Source: a bacterium
GTDB lineage: Bacteria > 4484-113 > JAFGCY01
Direction of reading: 5' to 3'
Length of the DNA: 64,000 nt
NCBI GenBank assembly: GCA_020849855.1
Contig: JADZFO010000038.1
Coordinates: forward strand, 108,010 to 172,009
Both the position numbers and the translations under genes were made by a program. The notes under the pieces are model-generated. The model worked only from the letters and a program-made list of their open reading frames with translations, made no database searches and was not told where the DNA came from. This document shows, in pieces, positions 32,806 to 41,886 of this stretch (positions within the stretch are counted from its first letter, which is position 1; the number at the start of each line of letters is the position of its first letter).

Positions 32806-35457
32806 TTATTGCGGCCTGAGCAGCACATTGTTCAATTCTTCGTCATAACCCGAGCTGAGGGGCAGGCCCGTGCCATCGATCAGACTCCAGAGCGAAAGCG
32901 GCTGCATGCACTCACTGACCCAGTCGTCACTCTCAGCCGGCTCCTCGACCAGGGCCGCGCAGTGGATGTTAACGCTGTTGTTGTAGTTATTGAGCCAAAT
33001 GCTGTACTGCACAACCAGCTTGCCGCCTACCAATGCTGTGGCATTCAGGCCAACGTCACCGCCAAGTGGCTTTGCAATCGTATAGTCTGCCCAGTCGCTG
33101 CTGTCGTCTGGCTCGGACTGCGCGGATTCCCAGTGAAACAGGTCAGCGTTGCTCTCGGCAATGAAGTGTGGATGACCATTAATGACATGCAGGGTATCGG
33201 TCACCCATTTCTCGCCTTCGACGGCCTGGGCCACCAGATGCTCCAGCCAATCGTCGCCGCTGTCTGGGTTACTCTGGACCGCGCGGATGTAGTGAAGCTC
33301 TTGCCCGCCGCCTGCAATGAAGGCTGGCCGCCCGGAAATGTCAACTATCGTTGTGTAGTCATCAAAGTAGAACGCCGCCGGCAGGCTCAGGGCGGTACTA
33401 AACTGCCAGTCCGATTGATCCTGCGGCTGAGAGCTGAGCGCGGCGGCGTAGCTAAGCGCGCCGGAGCCTGTCTGGTTATGCTTGAACATGAGTGCAGGAG
33501 TGCCGTTGACTACTGATAGCCGCAGTCCGCTGTAACTCTCACCTGGGGGCAGCGACTGAACTTCATGGCTTGTCCAGTCCTGCGGGCTGTCAGGCTGGGC
33601 TGAGCCGGCCAGCAACAGGTTGATGGAGTCCTGGGTCTGCCAGGCGATCGCGGGCCTGCCCTCATGCTCGGCGAGATAAAGCCAAGAACTGCCCAGGGCC
33701 ACATTGCCCGGATCGTGGGCCAGAGTGGTGATCCAGTCGTCCGGGCTGTCCGGCGTGGGCTCGACCGCCTGCACCAGGTAGATGGAATCGAAGGCTTCGC
33801 TCTTGCCCTCCATGGGGCCAACTGCCGCGAAAGCCGGGCGGCCGCCGACGGAGACCAGACGGGTGAAGGACAGATCATCGAGCATGTCAATCATTGTCCA
33901 ACGCGAGCGGTAACCAAGTTTCAGCGCGGTCGGCACGCTTTCATCAAGCCCTGCAGCCGACACTACATAGTAGTTGTGTGGCAGCAGATCCTGGGTTTGC
34001 AGGTCGGTGTAGTCGGCATCGCTGCTGACTCCAAGGAGAGTGTCATCGCTGCTATCACCACTGTCGATGTAGACTTTGTAGGCCACCGCGCCAGCTACAG
34101 GATTCCAGTTGAGCTCCACGCGGTCGGGGAGACCTTGTGAAACCTGCAGGCCGATTGGCGGGCTCAGCTCGCGGCGGCCGGTGTCCACCGGACTCCAGTG
34201 CGGGCTCGTGTCAGCGCCAAGCACGGCCCTGACCCGATACTCATAGCGGGTACGGTGCAGACTTTCCTTGCCCGGTGGAGAATTGAAGAAGTGGCTGAAT
34301 TTAGGCGAGGCATCGACGGTCTCGGCAAGCGGCACCCATAGCACCGGCTCACCACCATCGGCGTTTCGATACTCAATCTGATAGGCCTCGGCCTCTGGCA
34401 CAGCGGTCCAGACCAGGTCAATTCGGTCACCCAGCGTCGCAGGTTGCCATGGGTCGCTGTTGTCGTACTCGTCATAGGTGGCCGCAAGGAAGTCGACATC
34501 CCCGAGTGTTCGCAGACCGGCGACGCCAAATCCTGCCTCGCCGGTCAGCCCAACCCGCTGCAGGCGTAGACGGTAATAGACATTAACACCATAGGGCAGC
34601 AGGTTGGCCGCGCCGACTGCTTCCGAGTGCACATCGCTGTAGCTGTTCACGCCGGGCGGCAGGGTGGCCAGAGGCTCAAAGATGTAGGGCGGCTGCTGGG
34701 AGACGCTGCGCTCCAGTACGACGGCGTCGTACTGCAGGCCAGGATAACTGGCCGCCGGGTCATCCCAGCTCAGCTCAATGCGCCCGGGGTAGTCTCCGTA
34801 GCTCGCTGTCAGCCCCTGCGGGACCGGAAGCGCCGCATCCAGTTCCAGGCTGAGCCGCGAGACGCTGGCCTGCTGGGCGCCGTCGATCAGCACAATGCAG
34901 AACAGCGAGCCGTCAGGGCTGAGGGGCTCAAGCCCGGCAGCCAGGCTGAGCGTGTTTTCCGGCAGAGGCAGCGCCAGCCGGTACCAGCGCCAGCTCTGGC
35001 TGGCATAATCGCTGACAGCCAGCCAGGCCCTTTGCGGAAGTGGCTGGGCCAGCTCCAGCTTCAGGCTGAAGGTGGCGTCCTGCGGGCTGAGACCGCTGAA
35101 CTCGAACAAGGCCCAGCCAGGCTGGCCAGGGCTGGAGCTGAGCAGGGCAGTCTTACTGAAGGGGTTCACCATGGTGCTGGGGGCGGCTACGCTGAACTGC
35201 GATCCCGGCAGCACTATGGACCCCATGGCAAGCGCGGTGTGGGGCAGGCCGGAGCCGCCAGCTGGCAGCGCCGGAAGGCCGGACTGCTGCGGCAGGGCTG
35301 GAAGCTCAAGCCGCGGCGCGGCAGGGTCGACAAGTGGGGCCGCGGAATCAGTCGATGTTGTGACCGGCGCAGTCAAGGCGCCCGCGCCGCAGGATGACAG
35401 CATTAACGCGCAGAAGAGCAAAGCCAGACGCTGTGCGCCGTATCCCCACCTGACCAT
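32806..35457 (-). CDS. large surface lipoprotein (signal/lipobox, unknown conserved N-terminal module, FN3-like middle, beta-propeller-like C-terminal repeats)
   Basis: 883 aa; MVRWGYGAQRLALLFCALMLSSCGAGA lipobox. N-terminal module motif AWLAVSDYASQSWRWYRL is shared with the 43555..44997 and 58303..60210 proteins. Repeated P.DS.DDW / SxxDW blades in the C-terminal half. Gene is bracketed by the direct repeats. Confidence 0.55.
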   Translation of the reverse strand: MVRWGYGAQRLALLFCALMLSSCGAGALTAPVTTSTDSAAPLVDPAAPRLELPALPQQSGLPALPAGGSGLPHTALAMGSIVLPGSQFSVAAPSTMVNPFSKTALLSSSPGQPGWALFEFSGLSPQDATFSLKLELAQPLPQRAWLAVSDYASQSWRWYRLALPLPENTLSLAAGLEPLSPDGSLFCIVLIDGAQQASVSRLSLELDAALPVPQGLTASYGDYPGRIELSWDDPAASYPGLQYDAVVLERSVSQQPPYIFEPLATLPPGVNSYSDVHSEAVGAANLLPYGVNVYYRLRLQRVGLTGEAGFGVAGLRTLGDVDFLAATYDEYDNSDPWQPATLGDRIDLVWTAVPEAEAYQIEYRNADGGEPVLWVPLAETVDASPKFSHFFNSPPGKESLHRTRYEYRVRAVLGADTSPHWSPVDTGRRELSPPIGLQVSQGLPDRVELNWNPVAGAVAYKVYIDSGDSSDDTLLGVSSDADYTDLQTQDLLPHNYYVVSAAGLDESVPTALKLGYRSRWTMIDMLDDLSFTRLVSVGGRPAFAAVGPMEGKSEAFDSIYLVQAVEPTPDSPDDWITTLAHDPGNVALGSSWLYLAEHEGRPAIAWQTQDSINLLLAGSAQPDSPQDWTSHEVQSLPPGESYSGLRLSVVNGTPALMFKHNQTGSGALSYAAALSSQPQDQSDWQFSTALSLPAAFYFDDYTTIVDISGRPAFIAGGGQELHYIRAVQSNPDSGDDWLEHLVAQAVEGEKWVTDTLHVINGHPHFIAESNADLFHWESAQSEPDDSSDWADYTIAKPLGGDVGLNATALVGGKLVVQYSIWLNNYNNSVNIHCAALVEEPAESDDWVSECMQPLSLWSLIDGTGLPLSSGYDEELNNVLLRPQ

Positions 35458-35568
35458 TTCCTACCGTCCTGAATGCAGTTGCATCAAACAAGCTGCCCAA
35501 GCTTGCCCGCTCTCAGAACAGTTATACCCGCAAGCGCGTTCAGCGCGCCAGTCAGCGCCGGCGCGGCG

Positions 35569-35668
35569 GGGTTATGAGCTTCACTTGCACATACAATGAA
35601 GCATGGATACAGGCCCGGCGCAGGGGACACATGAACAGGCCGCGCAGCAGCTTGAGCAGCTGCTGGCC
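35569..35668. repeat. direct repeat copy B (intact promoter and 5' end of the TPR gene)
   Basis: See copy A. Contains TACAAT 5 nt upstream of the ATG at 35603. Confidence 0.8.
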
Positions 35669-36229
35669 GACGAGCAGCAGCGGCGCAGCCAGGGCCTGCA
35701 GCTTGACCCCGACCAGGTCCTGCGGCGCGGCAACCTGCTGGCCTTCCTTGGCCGCTTCGAGGATGCCCTGATGGCCTACAGCGAGGCCGCCGCCCTGCGC
35801 ACAGCGCTTGGCCTGGGGCCTGACCCCGACATTGAGATGAACCGCGGCAACTGCTATGACAGCATGGGCCGCAGCGCCGACGCCGCGGCCTGCTATACCC
35901 GCGCCGAGCAGCAGCAGGCCATCGGCCCGCCGGACTGGCGCCTGGCGGCCAACCGCGGCTCCAGCCACTACGGGGCGCGGCGCTTCATGGAGGCCCGGCG
36001 CGAGTTTGAGCTGGCCCAGAGCATCCGCGCGCAGCAGGGCCAGCAGCCCGATCCGGAGCTGTGCATCTTTCAGGCCATCGTGGACATGGAACTGGGCGAC
36101 AAGGCCGCCGCCTGCCGCCATGCCCGCCTGGCCCGCGACATCTACAGCGCCTCACAGCCCGCCGGCGAGCTGATCGAGGTGCCGCAGGTACTGGTGGCCC
36201 TGCTGCAGGAATGCAGCGATAAGTTCTAA
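35603..36229 (+). CDS. TPR-repeat protein
   Basis: 208 aa; three or four 34-residue helical repeats with small/large residue periodicity (e.g. GNLLAFLGRFEDALMAYSEAAAL, RGNCYDSMGRSADAAACYTRAE, RGSSHYGARRFMEARREFELAQ). Confidence 0.55.
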   Translation: MDTGPAQGTHEQAAQQLEQLLADEQQRRSQGLQLDPDQVLRRGNLLAFLGRFEDALMAYSEAAALRTALGLGPDPDIEMNRGNCYDSMGRSADAAACYTRAEQQQAIGPPDWRLAANRGSSHYGARRFMEARREFELAQSIRAQQGQQPDPELCIFQAIVDMELGDKAAACRHARLARDIYSASQPAGELIEVPQVLVALLQECSDKF

Positions 36230-36277
36230 GCCCGCAGCCCTGCGGCCGCAGCCAGACGCACTCTGCCCTGCCGGGAG

Positions 36278-38047
36278 CTAATGCGCCTGAACATGCGCAT
36301 GCTCTTCTTCCTGCGCGTGCTCGTCTTCGTGCCCATGCTCTTCTTCATGCCCATGCTCGTCTTCATGCTCGTGCCCATGCCCATGAGCGTGATCATGCTC
36401 GTGCTCTTCCTCGCTGTGGCCCGGCACCTCAAAGCTGGCGTCACCGGCGGGATGGTGGTGGCCGCCGATGCTCCAGTCGATGCCCAGCCAGAGGCTGCCA
36501 ACCCTGCGGCCCAGGTGCTGGGCGTCGTCGTGGTTGTACTGCAGGCGCACCCGCGTCGCCTCGCTGGGGTACCAGGCCAGCAGCGGGCTGATGCGGCTGC
36601 GCTCGTCGCGCAGGGGGTCGTGCTCGCTGCCGCCCACGCTTTCGCCGCTGCTGCCGGCAAACTCATAGCGCAGGCCGGCGGCCCACTGCGGGCGGAAGCC
36701 GTAGAGCAGCTGGCTGTAGGCCGCGCTGTCACGCAGGCTCAGAGCCGGCAGGTCTATCGGGTTTGCCAGGTCGCTGTCATCCTGCAGGGCCGCAGCATCA
36801 TAGCTGCGCAGGGCGTACTCGCTTTCCCAGAGCACAAAGGGCCATTCGCCCGGACAGGGCTGGTAGAGATAGCTCAGGTCCGCGCCATAGATGCTGGTTC
36901 GGCTGCCGGCACCGCTGCCATTGGGCCCCCACATGCCAGACAGGCCCAGGCGCCAGCGCGAGCTCTCCGACTGCCAGGTGTTCTCCCAGCGCAGTGTGGC
37001 GAGCAGGGCGGCTGAATCGTCCAGCTGCGGGCGCAGGCCCGGGCCGAGGCTTTCATAGCGCTCTTCCAGCAGCAGCAGCAGCGGGTCTTCCTCCTCTTCC
37101 TCCCCGCCGTGCTCCTCTTCCTCGCCATGGCTGTGGCCGGCGCCGCGGAAGCTGACCATGCTCTCGTCGGCGGCATTCTGCACACCGATGACCAGGCGGC
37201 TTTGCCAGTCTTCGTCCTCGTCCCAGTCCTCGCCGCTGTTCTTGTTCCAGGCCAGGGCCACACCACCGGCGCGGCCGCCTTCGGAGCCGAAGAAGCGGCT
37301 GACCAGCAGCTGCTGGTCCATCCAGCTCCAGCTGTGCGGGTGGCGCGCATTGTGCAGGCCGAAATCTGTATAGAACTGGCCGGCCTTCAGCTCGAAGCCG
37401 CGCCCGAGCTGGCTGAGCAGGTAGGCCTCCTCCAGCTCGGCGCCTTCCTCCCCAAAGCTGATGTTCAGCTGGCCGCGGGCGCGCGCTGTGACCCAGCCGC
37501 CGAGGCTGAGCTCGGCAATCGGCGTGCTGAAACCCTGGGCGCGCGGGTCATGGTGGCCGGCCTGCAGAGCTTCCAGCTCGGCGTCCTCCGCATCGCTGAA
37601 GCCCAGGTAGGACATCACGTTCAGGCCCAGCTCCAGCGGCAGGTCGTGGAAGTGCTCATGCCATGTGGCCGGCGGCTCGCAGTGCGTGGCCTCTGCCTGC
37701 TGCGGTGCCAGGGCGACCTCGACGCTGTCGCCGGCATGCGCCTCATGCGCCGCATGCCCTTCATGCCCGGCACCTTCAGCATGCTCATGCTCAGCATGTC
37801 CTGCTTGCTCTGCATGCCCGGCATTCTCGGCATGGGCCTGACCCGCTTCATGCTGGTGCCCGGCCTCATGCTCATCCTCAGCCGCAGCCGCGGTGAAGAG
37901 AGCGCTGCCCGGTACCACGCCCAGGGTCAGAACTAGGATCAGGCCCAGGAGCAGGCACAGCAGTCCATAGGCCCTGCTTGCCTTGACAAGGCCCGGAAAA
38001 CTACGCGGCTGGCAGCGCGGGCGAAAGGTGATGCACGGATTGCTCAT
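36278..38047 (-). CDS. His-rich metal-binding protein, probable outer-membrane/porin-like, predicted Zur/Fur-regulated
   Basis: 589 aa; signal peptide; N-terminal (HEAGHQHEAGQAHAENAGHAEQAGHAEHEHAEGAGHEGHAAHEAH) and C-terminal (HSEEEHEHDHAHGHGHEHEDEHGHEEEHGHEDEH) His/Glu-rich blocks. Middle region has alternating-polarity beta-strand-like stretches. Start codon abuts a Fur-box palindrome. Divergent from a Fur-family gene. Confidence 0.5.
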   Translation of the reverse strand: MSNPCITFRPRCQPRSFPGLVKASRAYGLLCLLLGLILVLTLGVVPGSALFTAAAAEDEHEAGHQHEAGQAHAENAGHAEQAGHAEHEHAEGAGHEGHAAHEAHAGDSVEVALAPQQAEATHCEPPATWHEHFHDLPLELGLNVMSYLGFSDAEDAELEALQAGHHDPRAQGFSTPIAELSLGGWVTARARGQLNISFGEEGAELEEAYLLSQLGRGFELKAGQFYTDFGLHNARHPHSWSWMDQQLLVSRFFGSEGGRAGGVALAWNKNSGEDWDEDEDWQSRLVIGVQNAADESMVSFRGAGHSHGEEEEHGGEEEEEDPLLLLLEERYESLGPGLRPQLDDSAALLATLRWENTWQSESSRWRLGLSGMWGPNGSGAGSRTSIYGADLSYLYQPCPGEWPFVLWESEYALRSYDAAALQDDSDLANPIDLPALSLRDSAAYSQLLYGFRPQWAAGLRYEFAGSSGESVGGSEHDPLRDERSRISPLLAWYPSEATRVRLQYNHDDAQHLGRRVGSLWLGIDWSIGGHHHPAGDASFEVPGHSEEEHEHDHAHGHGHEHEDEHGHEEEHGHEDEHAQEEEHAHVQAH

Positions 38048-38077
38048 GATAATGATAATAGCTTCTCATTATCATGA
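38044..38077. promoter_or_regulatory. Fur/Zur-box-like operator: perfect 12-bp inverted repeat TCATGATAATGA-N10-TCATTATCATGA (contains GATAATGATAAT)
   Basis: AT-rich palindrome in GC-rich DNA, at the 5' end of the His-rich protein gene and 250 bp upstream of the fur-family gene. Matches the classic Fur-box GATAATGATAATCATTATC. Confidence 0.6.
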
Positions 38078-38331
38078 TCGTCAAGCGATCTTAAGCGTGC
38101 AGACATATCAAACTGTTTGAGACAAAGGAACCTGCCGGCAGCGTCTTCAGGGCGTCTCACGGGCAGCACTGACACGGAACGGATCCTGCAGGGCCGCTGC
38201 CCTGCGGGTCCTTTTTTGAATTCATCCAGCACAGTAGAGACTGCAATCATGCTGGCGGCCCTGACCTGCTGGCTTAGTAAGCGGCTCTGCTGTCTGCAAG
38301 CCGCGCGGCGCAGCCCCGGTATAATCGGCCT

Positions 38332-38712
38332 GTGATGCAGCGCAACACCCGCCAGCGCGAGGTGATCCGCCGCGCCTTCGAGCGCGCGGCGCGGCCCCTG
38401 TCGCCGCAGCAGCTTCTGGCCCTGGCGCAGCAGGAGATGCCCAGCCTGGGCCTGGCGACGGTCTACCGCAGCCTCAAGGCCCTGAGCGAGGAAGGCTGGC
38501 TCACCACCGTGGAGCTGCCCGGCTCGATCCAGCACTATGAGATCGCCGGCCAGGCGCACCACCACCACTTCCACTGCCGGGCCTGCGACGGCGTGTTCGA
38601 GGTCCATGGCTGCCCGCCGCGGATCGACCAGCTCACCCCGCGGGGCTTCAAGCTGGAACAGCATGAGATCGTGCTCTACGGCCTCTGCGCCGACTGCAGC
38701 CGGGCCGCCTGA
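38332..38712 (+). CDS. zur: Fur-family metalloregulator (Zur-like)
   Basis: 126 aa; DNA-binding helix region LATVYRSLKAL (TVYRTL motif); metal sites HHHHFHC..CG and C-terminal C..C. TATAAT at 38320-38325 lies 6 nt upstream of the GTG at 38332 (9 nt from the in-frame ATG at 38335). Confidence 0.8.
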   Translation: MMQRNTRQREVIRRAFERAARPLSPQQLLALAQQEMPSLGLATVYRSLKALSEEGWLTTVELPGSIQHYEIAGQAHHHHFHCRACDGVFEVHGCPPRIDQLTPRGFKLEQHEIVLYGLCADCSRAA

Positions 38713-38821
38713 GCACTGCTGCAGCCACCATCGGCGGGCTTAACCTGAATTTCCCAACTCCATGCGCTGTGCGCCTGTGTGCCCGACGGGCTGTGGTGTT
38801 ACACTTGGCCCGGGAGGAACT

Positions 38822-39295
38822 ATGGCAATCTTCCGCGGCATCCTGGGCATCCTGGTCGGCGTGGGTCTGGCTTATCTGGCCGGCATTCTGCTGGACTATT
38901 TCAACCTCTACAAAGGGGCGGATTACACCCGGGTCTATCCCTTCCTGACCTCCCTGGGCGGCGCGGTGGCGGCCTTTGTCGCCATGCTGATCCGCGGCAC
39001 CGGCGGCAGCGCGCGGGTCGTGGTGGAGCGCGCCTCGAAGGTGCAGGCCAAGGATGACGCCATGAGCCGTCTGGCCCAGACCATGAGCACGCCAGCGGCC
39101 GGCGGCGGCAAGGCCACGCCGGGCGAAGGGCCCGGGCGCGTGACCACCCTGGGCGGCGCCTTCGGCTCCGGCAGCCCGGGCGATGGCCGCGTGAGCGTGG
39201 GCGAGAGCCGCGATGTGCCGGGGATGCCCAGCTTTGACGTGAAGCCCGCCAAGCCCGCCGAGGGTGGCGGCTCGCGGCCGAAGGTGCAGCAGTGA
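38822..39295 (+). CDS. hypothetical membrane protein with Gly-rich C-terminal tail
   Basis: Start taken at ATG 38822 (MAIFRGILGILVGVGLAYLAGILL, TM). ORF track 38762..39295. No motif recognised. Confidence 0.4.
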   Translation: MAIFRGILGILVGVGLAYLAGILLDYFNLYKGADYTRVYPFLTSLGGAVAAFVAMLIRGTGGSARVVVERASKVQAKDDAMSRLAQTMSTPAAGGGKATPGEGPGRVTTLGGAFGSGSPGDGRVSVGESRDVPGMPSFDVKPAKPAEGGGSRPKVQQ

Positions 39296-39870
39296 TGCAG
39301 GATGAAACGCAGCAGAAGGCGGCGCAGAGCGCAGAGCCCGGCGCGCCGGCCAGCCCCTGGTTTGACCGCCTGAAGCTGGTACAGGGCGATATCGCCCAGG
39401 CCAATACCGAGGCCATCGTCAACGCCGCGAACCACGAGCTGTGGATGGGCAGCGGGGTCGCCGGGGCGCTGAAGAAGGCCGGCGGCGCCAGCATAGAAGA
39501 AGAAGCCCTGCGCCAGGCGCCGATAGACGTGGGCGGCGCGATCATTACCGGCGCCGGCAGGCTGCAGGCCCTGCACGTGATCCACGCCGCGGCCCAGGCC
39601 GCCGGCCGGCCGACCACCCCCGAGGCGGTCTATGAGGCCACCCGCGCGGCCCTGCGCCTGGCCGCGGAGAACCGCATCGAGTCCATCGCCTTCCCGGCCC
39701 TGGGCACCGGGGCAGCCGGCCTGGGCTTTGGCGACTGCGCCAACAGCATGTTCCTGGCCTTCCGCGAGCACTGCCAGCACCACGCCCTGCCCGAGCGCAT
39801 TGAGCTGTGGCTCTGGGGCGACAACGCTCTGGCGGTCTTTGACGAGGCGCTGCAGAGCTTCATGAGCTGA
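39292..39870 (+). CDS. macro-domain (ADP-ribose-binding / O-acetyl-ADP-ribose deacetylase-like) protein
   Basis: 192 aa; LVQGDIAQANTEAIVNAANHELWMGSGVAGAL (macro N-terminal signature NAAN..L..GGGV.GA) and SIAFPALGTGAAGL (P-loop-like G.G..G of macro domains). Confidence 0.75.
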   Translation: MMQDETQQKAAQSAEPGAPASPWFDRLKLVQGDIAQANTEAIVNAANHELWMGSGVAGALKKAGGASIEEEALRQAPIDVGGAIITGAGRLQALHVIHAAAQAAGRPTTPEAVYEATRAALRLAAENRIESIAFPALGTGAAGLGFGDCANSMFLAFREHCQHHALPERIELWLWGDNALAVFDEALQSFMS

Positions 39871-39976
39871 CAGGCGCGCCAAAGCACCTGTCATGCGTGT
39901 AGTTTTCCCCGCTTAGCCGCCGCCCGGCGGAAATTTTCCAGGCTTTTCGTTACCGCTGCACTGGTAAACTGTCTGC

Positions 39977-40633
39977 ATGGGCGTGGGTTCATCCAGCCAG
40001 TACCGCCACGAGGGCCGCGAGGAGCAGGCAATGCCTGCTGGCGCGCCTCTGGATGCGCGGGCTGAGGATGGGCGGCGGCAGCAGTTCCTTGACCTGCTGA
40101 TGCCGTTTTATCCACAGGCGCTGGCCTACGCCCAGTCCATTACGGGCAGCCTGATGGACGGCGAAGACCTGGTCAGCGACGCAGTGCTGCGGGCCTATGA
40201 AGGGCTTGACACCCTCAAGGACCGCGGAAAGTTCAAGGAATGGTTCTTTTCGATCCTCCTGAACCGTTTCCGAAACCTGCGCAGCAGATCCCTGCTGCGG
40301 CCACTGACGCTGGTAGCCGATTTTGCCGGACCATCAGTTCTAAGGGAAGCCACGACCCGTGTAAGCGGTGATCCTGCAGAACTCGGCTACCAGCTCACCC
40401 TGGTCAAGGAACTCCTGGCCAGGCTCCAGCCTCGGGAACGCGACATCCTGCTTCTGCTCGGCCCCGCCGGCTTTTCCGTTGACGAAGTTGCTTCCATCCA
40501 GCGCGTCTCCAAGCGCGCAGTGATCCAGTGCGCCTACCGCGCCCGCCGCAAGCTGGCCCGCGCGCTGCCTGCCGACGCCCTGCCCTTTGCCTTTGGCGCT
40601 GAGGCCGCGGAGATTGAAGGAGGGCAGCAGTAA
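39977..40633 (+). CDS. ECF-type sigma factor
   Basis: 218 aa; region-2-like DLVSDAVLRAYEGLDTLKDRGKFKEWFFSILLNRFRNL and region-4 HTH LQPRERDILLLLGPAGFSVDEVASIQRVSKRAVIQCAYRARRKL. Confidence 0.7.
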   Translation: MGVGSSSQYRHEGREEQAMPAGAPLDARAEDGRRQQFLDLLMPFYPQALAYAQSITGSLMDGEDLVSDAVLRAYEGLDTLKDRGKFKEWFFSILLNRFRNLRSRSLLRPLTLVADFAGPSVLREATTRVSGDPAELGYQLTLVKELLARLQPRERDILLLLGPAGFSVDEVASIQRVSKRAVIQCAYRARRKLARALPADALPFAFGAEAAEIEGGQQ

Positions 40634-41349
40634 TGCCTGAGAACTTCAATCCGCGTCCTGATTCCTCTGCTGAGAAGCTGATCCATGAGGTCTTCGGCAC
40701 CCTGGAGCGCGAGGCCGACCCCACCATTGCCCGCCAGCGCCTGGCCAACCAGCTGCGCCGCGGCCGCGAGGACAACAGCGCGGCGGCGGTGGCCGCCCGG
40801 CCGCTGATGCGCCCCGTGTTCAAGGTGGCGGCCTTCCTCTGCGGCCTGATCCTGATGGCCTCCTTCGCCGGCAATATCCAGATCCCGGGCTGGGATGACG
40901 GCCAGCAGGTCACCCTGCTGCTGCCCCAGAGCTTCGAGGCCGACGACTACAACCACTGGGTGGCGCTGTTCGCCAACCGCGCCGACAACCTGGCGGCGGA
41001 CGGCGGGCACAGCCTGGTGGTGGACTACTACGAGGACGAGGGCCGCTGCTACCTCAAGCTCAACATCCTGGGCGTGAGCTACAGCGAGGCCAACGAATGG
41101 GTCCGCGGCGTGATGGCCACCATCCCCGACCTGGACCACACGCCCTACAGCATCCAGCAGCCCCTGGTGCCCTACTCCGTCACGGTGCGCGACATGCTGG
41201 CCTTCCAGCTTGGCAATACCGACGGCGTGGAGCGCAGTGTGATGCGCGCCTGGTATGCCGAGGGCCAGCGCCCCAGCCGCAACTGCTACATGTTCCTGGT
41301 GGCGCGTCCCAAGGACGCCCCGCGCCCGATCTTCGGCGAGAGCTTCTAG
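40633..41349 (+). CDS. putative cognate anti-sigma factor / membrane-anchored hypothetical protein
   Basis: ATGA overlap with the sigma gene; one TM helix (VFKVAAFLCGLILMASFAG) followed by a ~150-aa extracytoplasmic domain. Assignment is by context only. Confidence 0.35.
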   Translation: MPENFNPRPDSSAEKLIHEVFGTLEREADPTIARQRLANQLRRGREDNSAAAVAARPLMRPVFKVAAFLCGLILMASFAGNIQIPGWDDGQQVTLLLPQSFEADDYNHWVALFANRADNLAADGGHSLVVDYYEDEGRCYLKLNILGVSYSEANEWVRGVMATIPDLDHTPYSIQQPLVPYSVTVRDMLAFQLGNTDGVERSVMRAWYAEGQRPSRNCYMFLVARPKDAPRPIFGESF

Positions 41350-41397
41350 GCTGTCGCTTTCCGAACCACAGGCCAAACCTATAATGCAGGCGGACGG

Positions 41398-41886
41398 ATG
41401 TGGTTCCATTCAAGATATAGCCTGACTAAGCCTCGAGCAATCATTCAGAGTCTGCTGGCCCTTGCCTTAATTGGGACTGTCGCCGCAGCCATTCTGTGGC
41501 ACTACAACACTTTACTAAAACGTGACTATCCGATTCGGAATCTGGAGACCCTTGGCTCAATCTTGGAGTTTACCTACGAGGGGCCTTTCCCACTGAAGTC
41601 CATTCACCTGGTTCGACTTGATCAGGACCTGGGACCAGGCTTCAGCAATAAAATCAGTACGATTGATGACAACGTTGAGTTCGAAGGACTGGATGGGTGT
41701 GAGATTGTCTTCTCAGTGTTGGATCCGGAGCCAGTTGGAAAACGTGTTCCGTTTCCCCGAATCCTGTCGAACTCAATGGAATACGATTACAGAATTCCCG
41801 CAGCACCCTCAAGCCCTGCCGGGTTCACGTACCTGTTCATTCAACGGAACTCGTGGCAGGTCAACTGCTTCAAACTTACAGATTGA
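41398..41886 (+). CDS. hypothetical protein in a low-GC islet
   Basis: 162 aa; local G+C visibly lower (about 48%) than flanks. N-terminal TM helix. TATAAT 12 nt upstream of the ATG. Confidence 0.4.
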   Translation: MWFHSRYSLTKPRAIIQSLLALALIGTVAAAILWHYNTLLKRDYPIRNLETLGSILEFTYEGPFPLKSIHLVRLDQDLGPGFSNKISTIDDNVEFEGLDGCEIVFSVLDPEPVGKRVPFPRILSNSMEYDYRIPAAPSSPAGFTYLFIQRNSWQVNCFKLTD

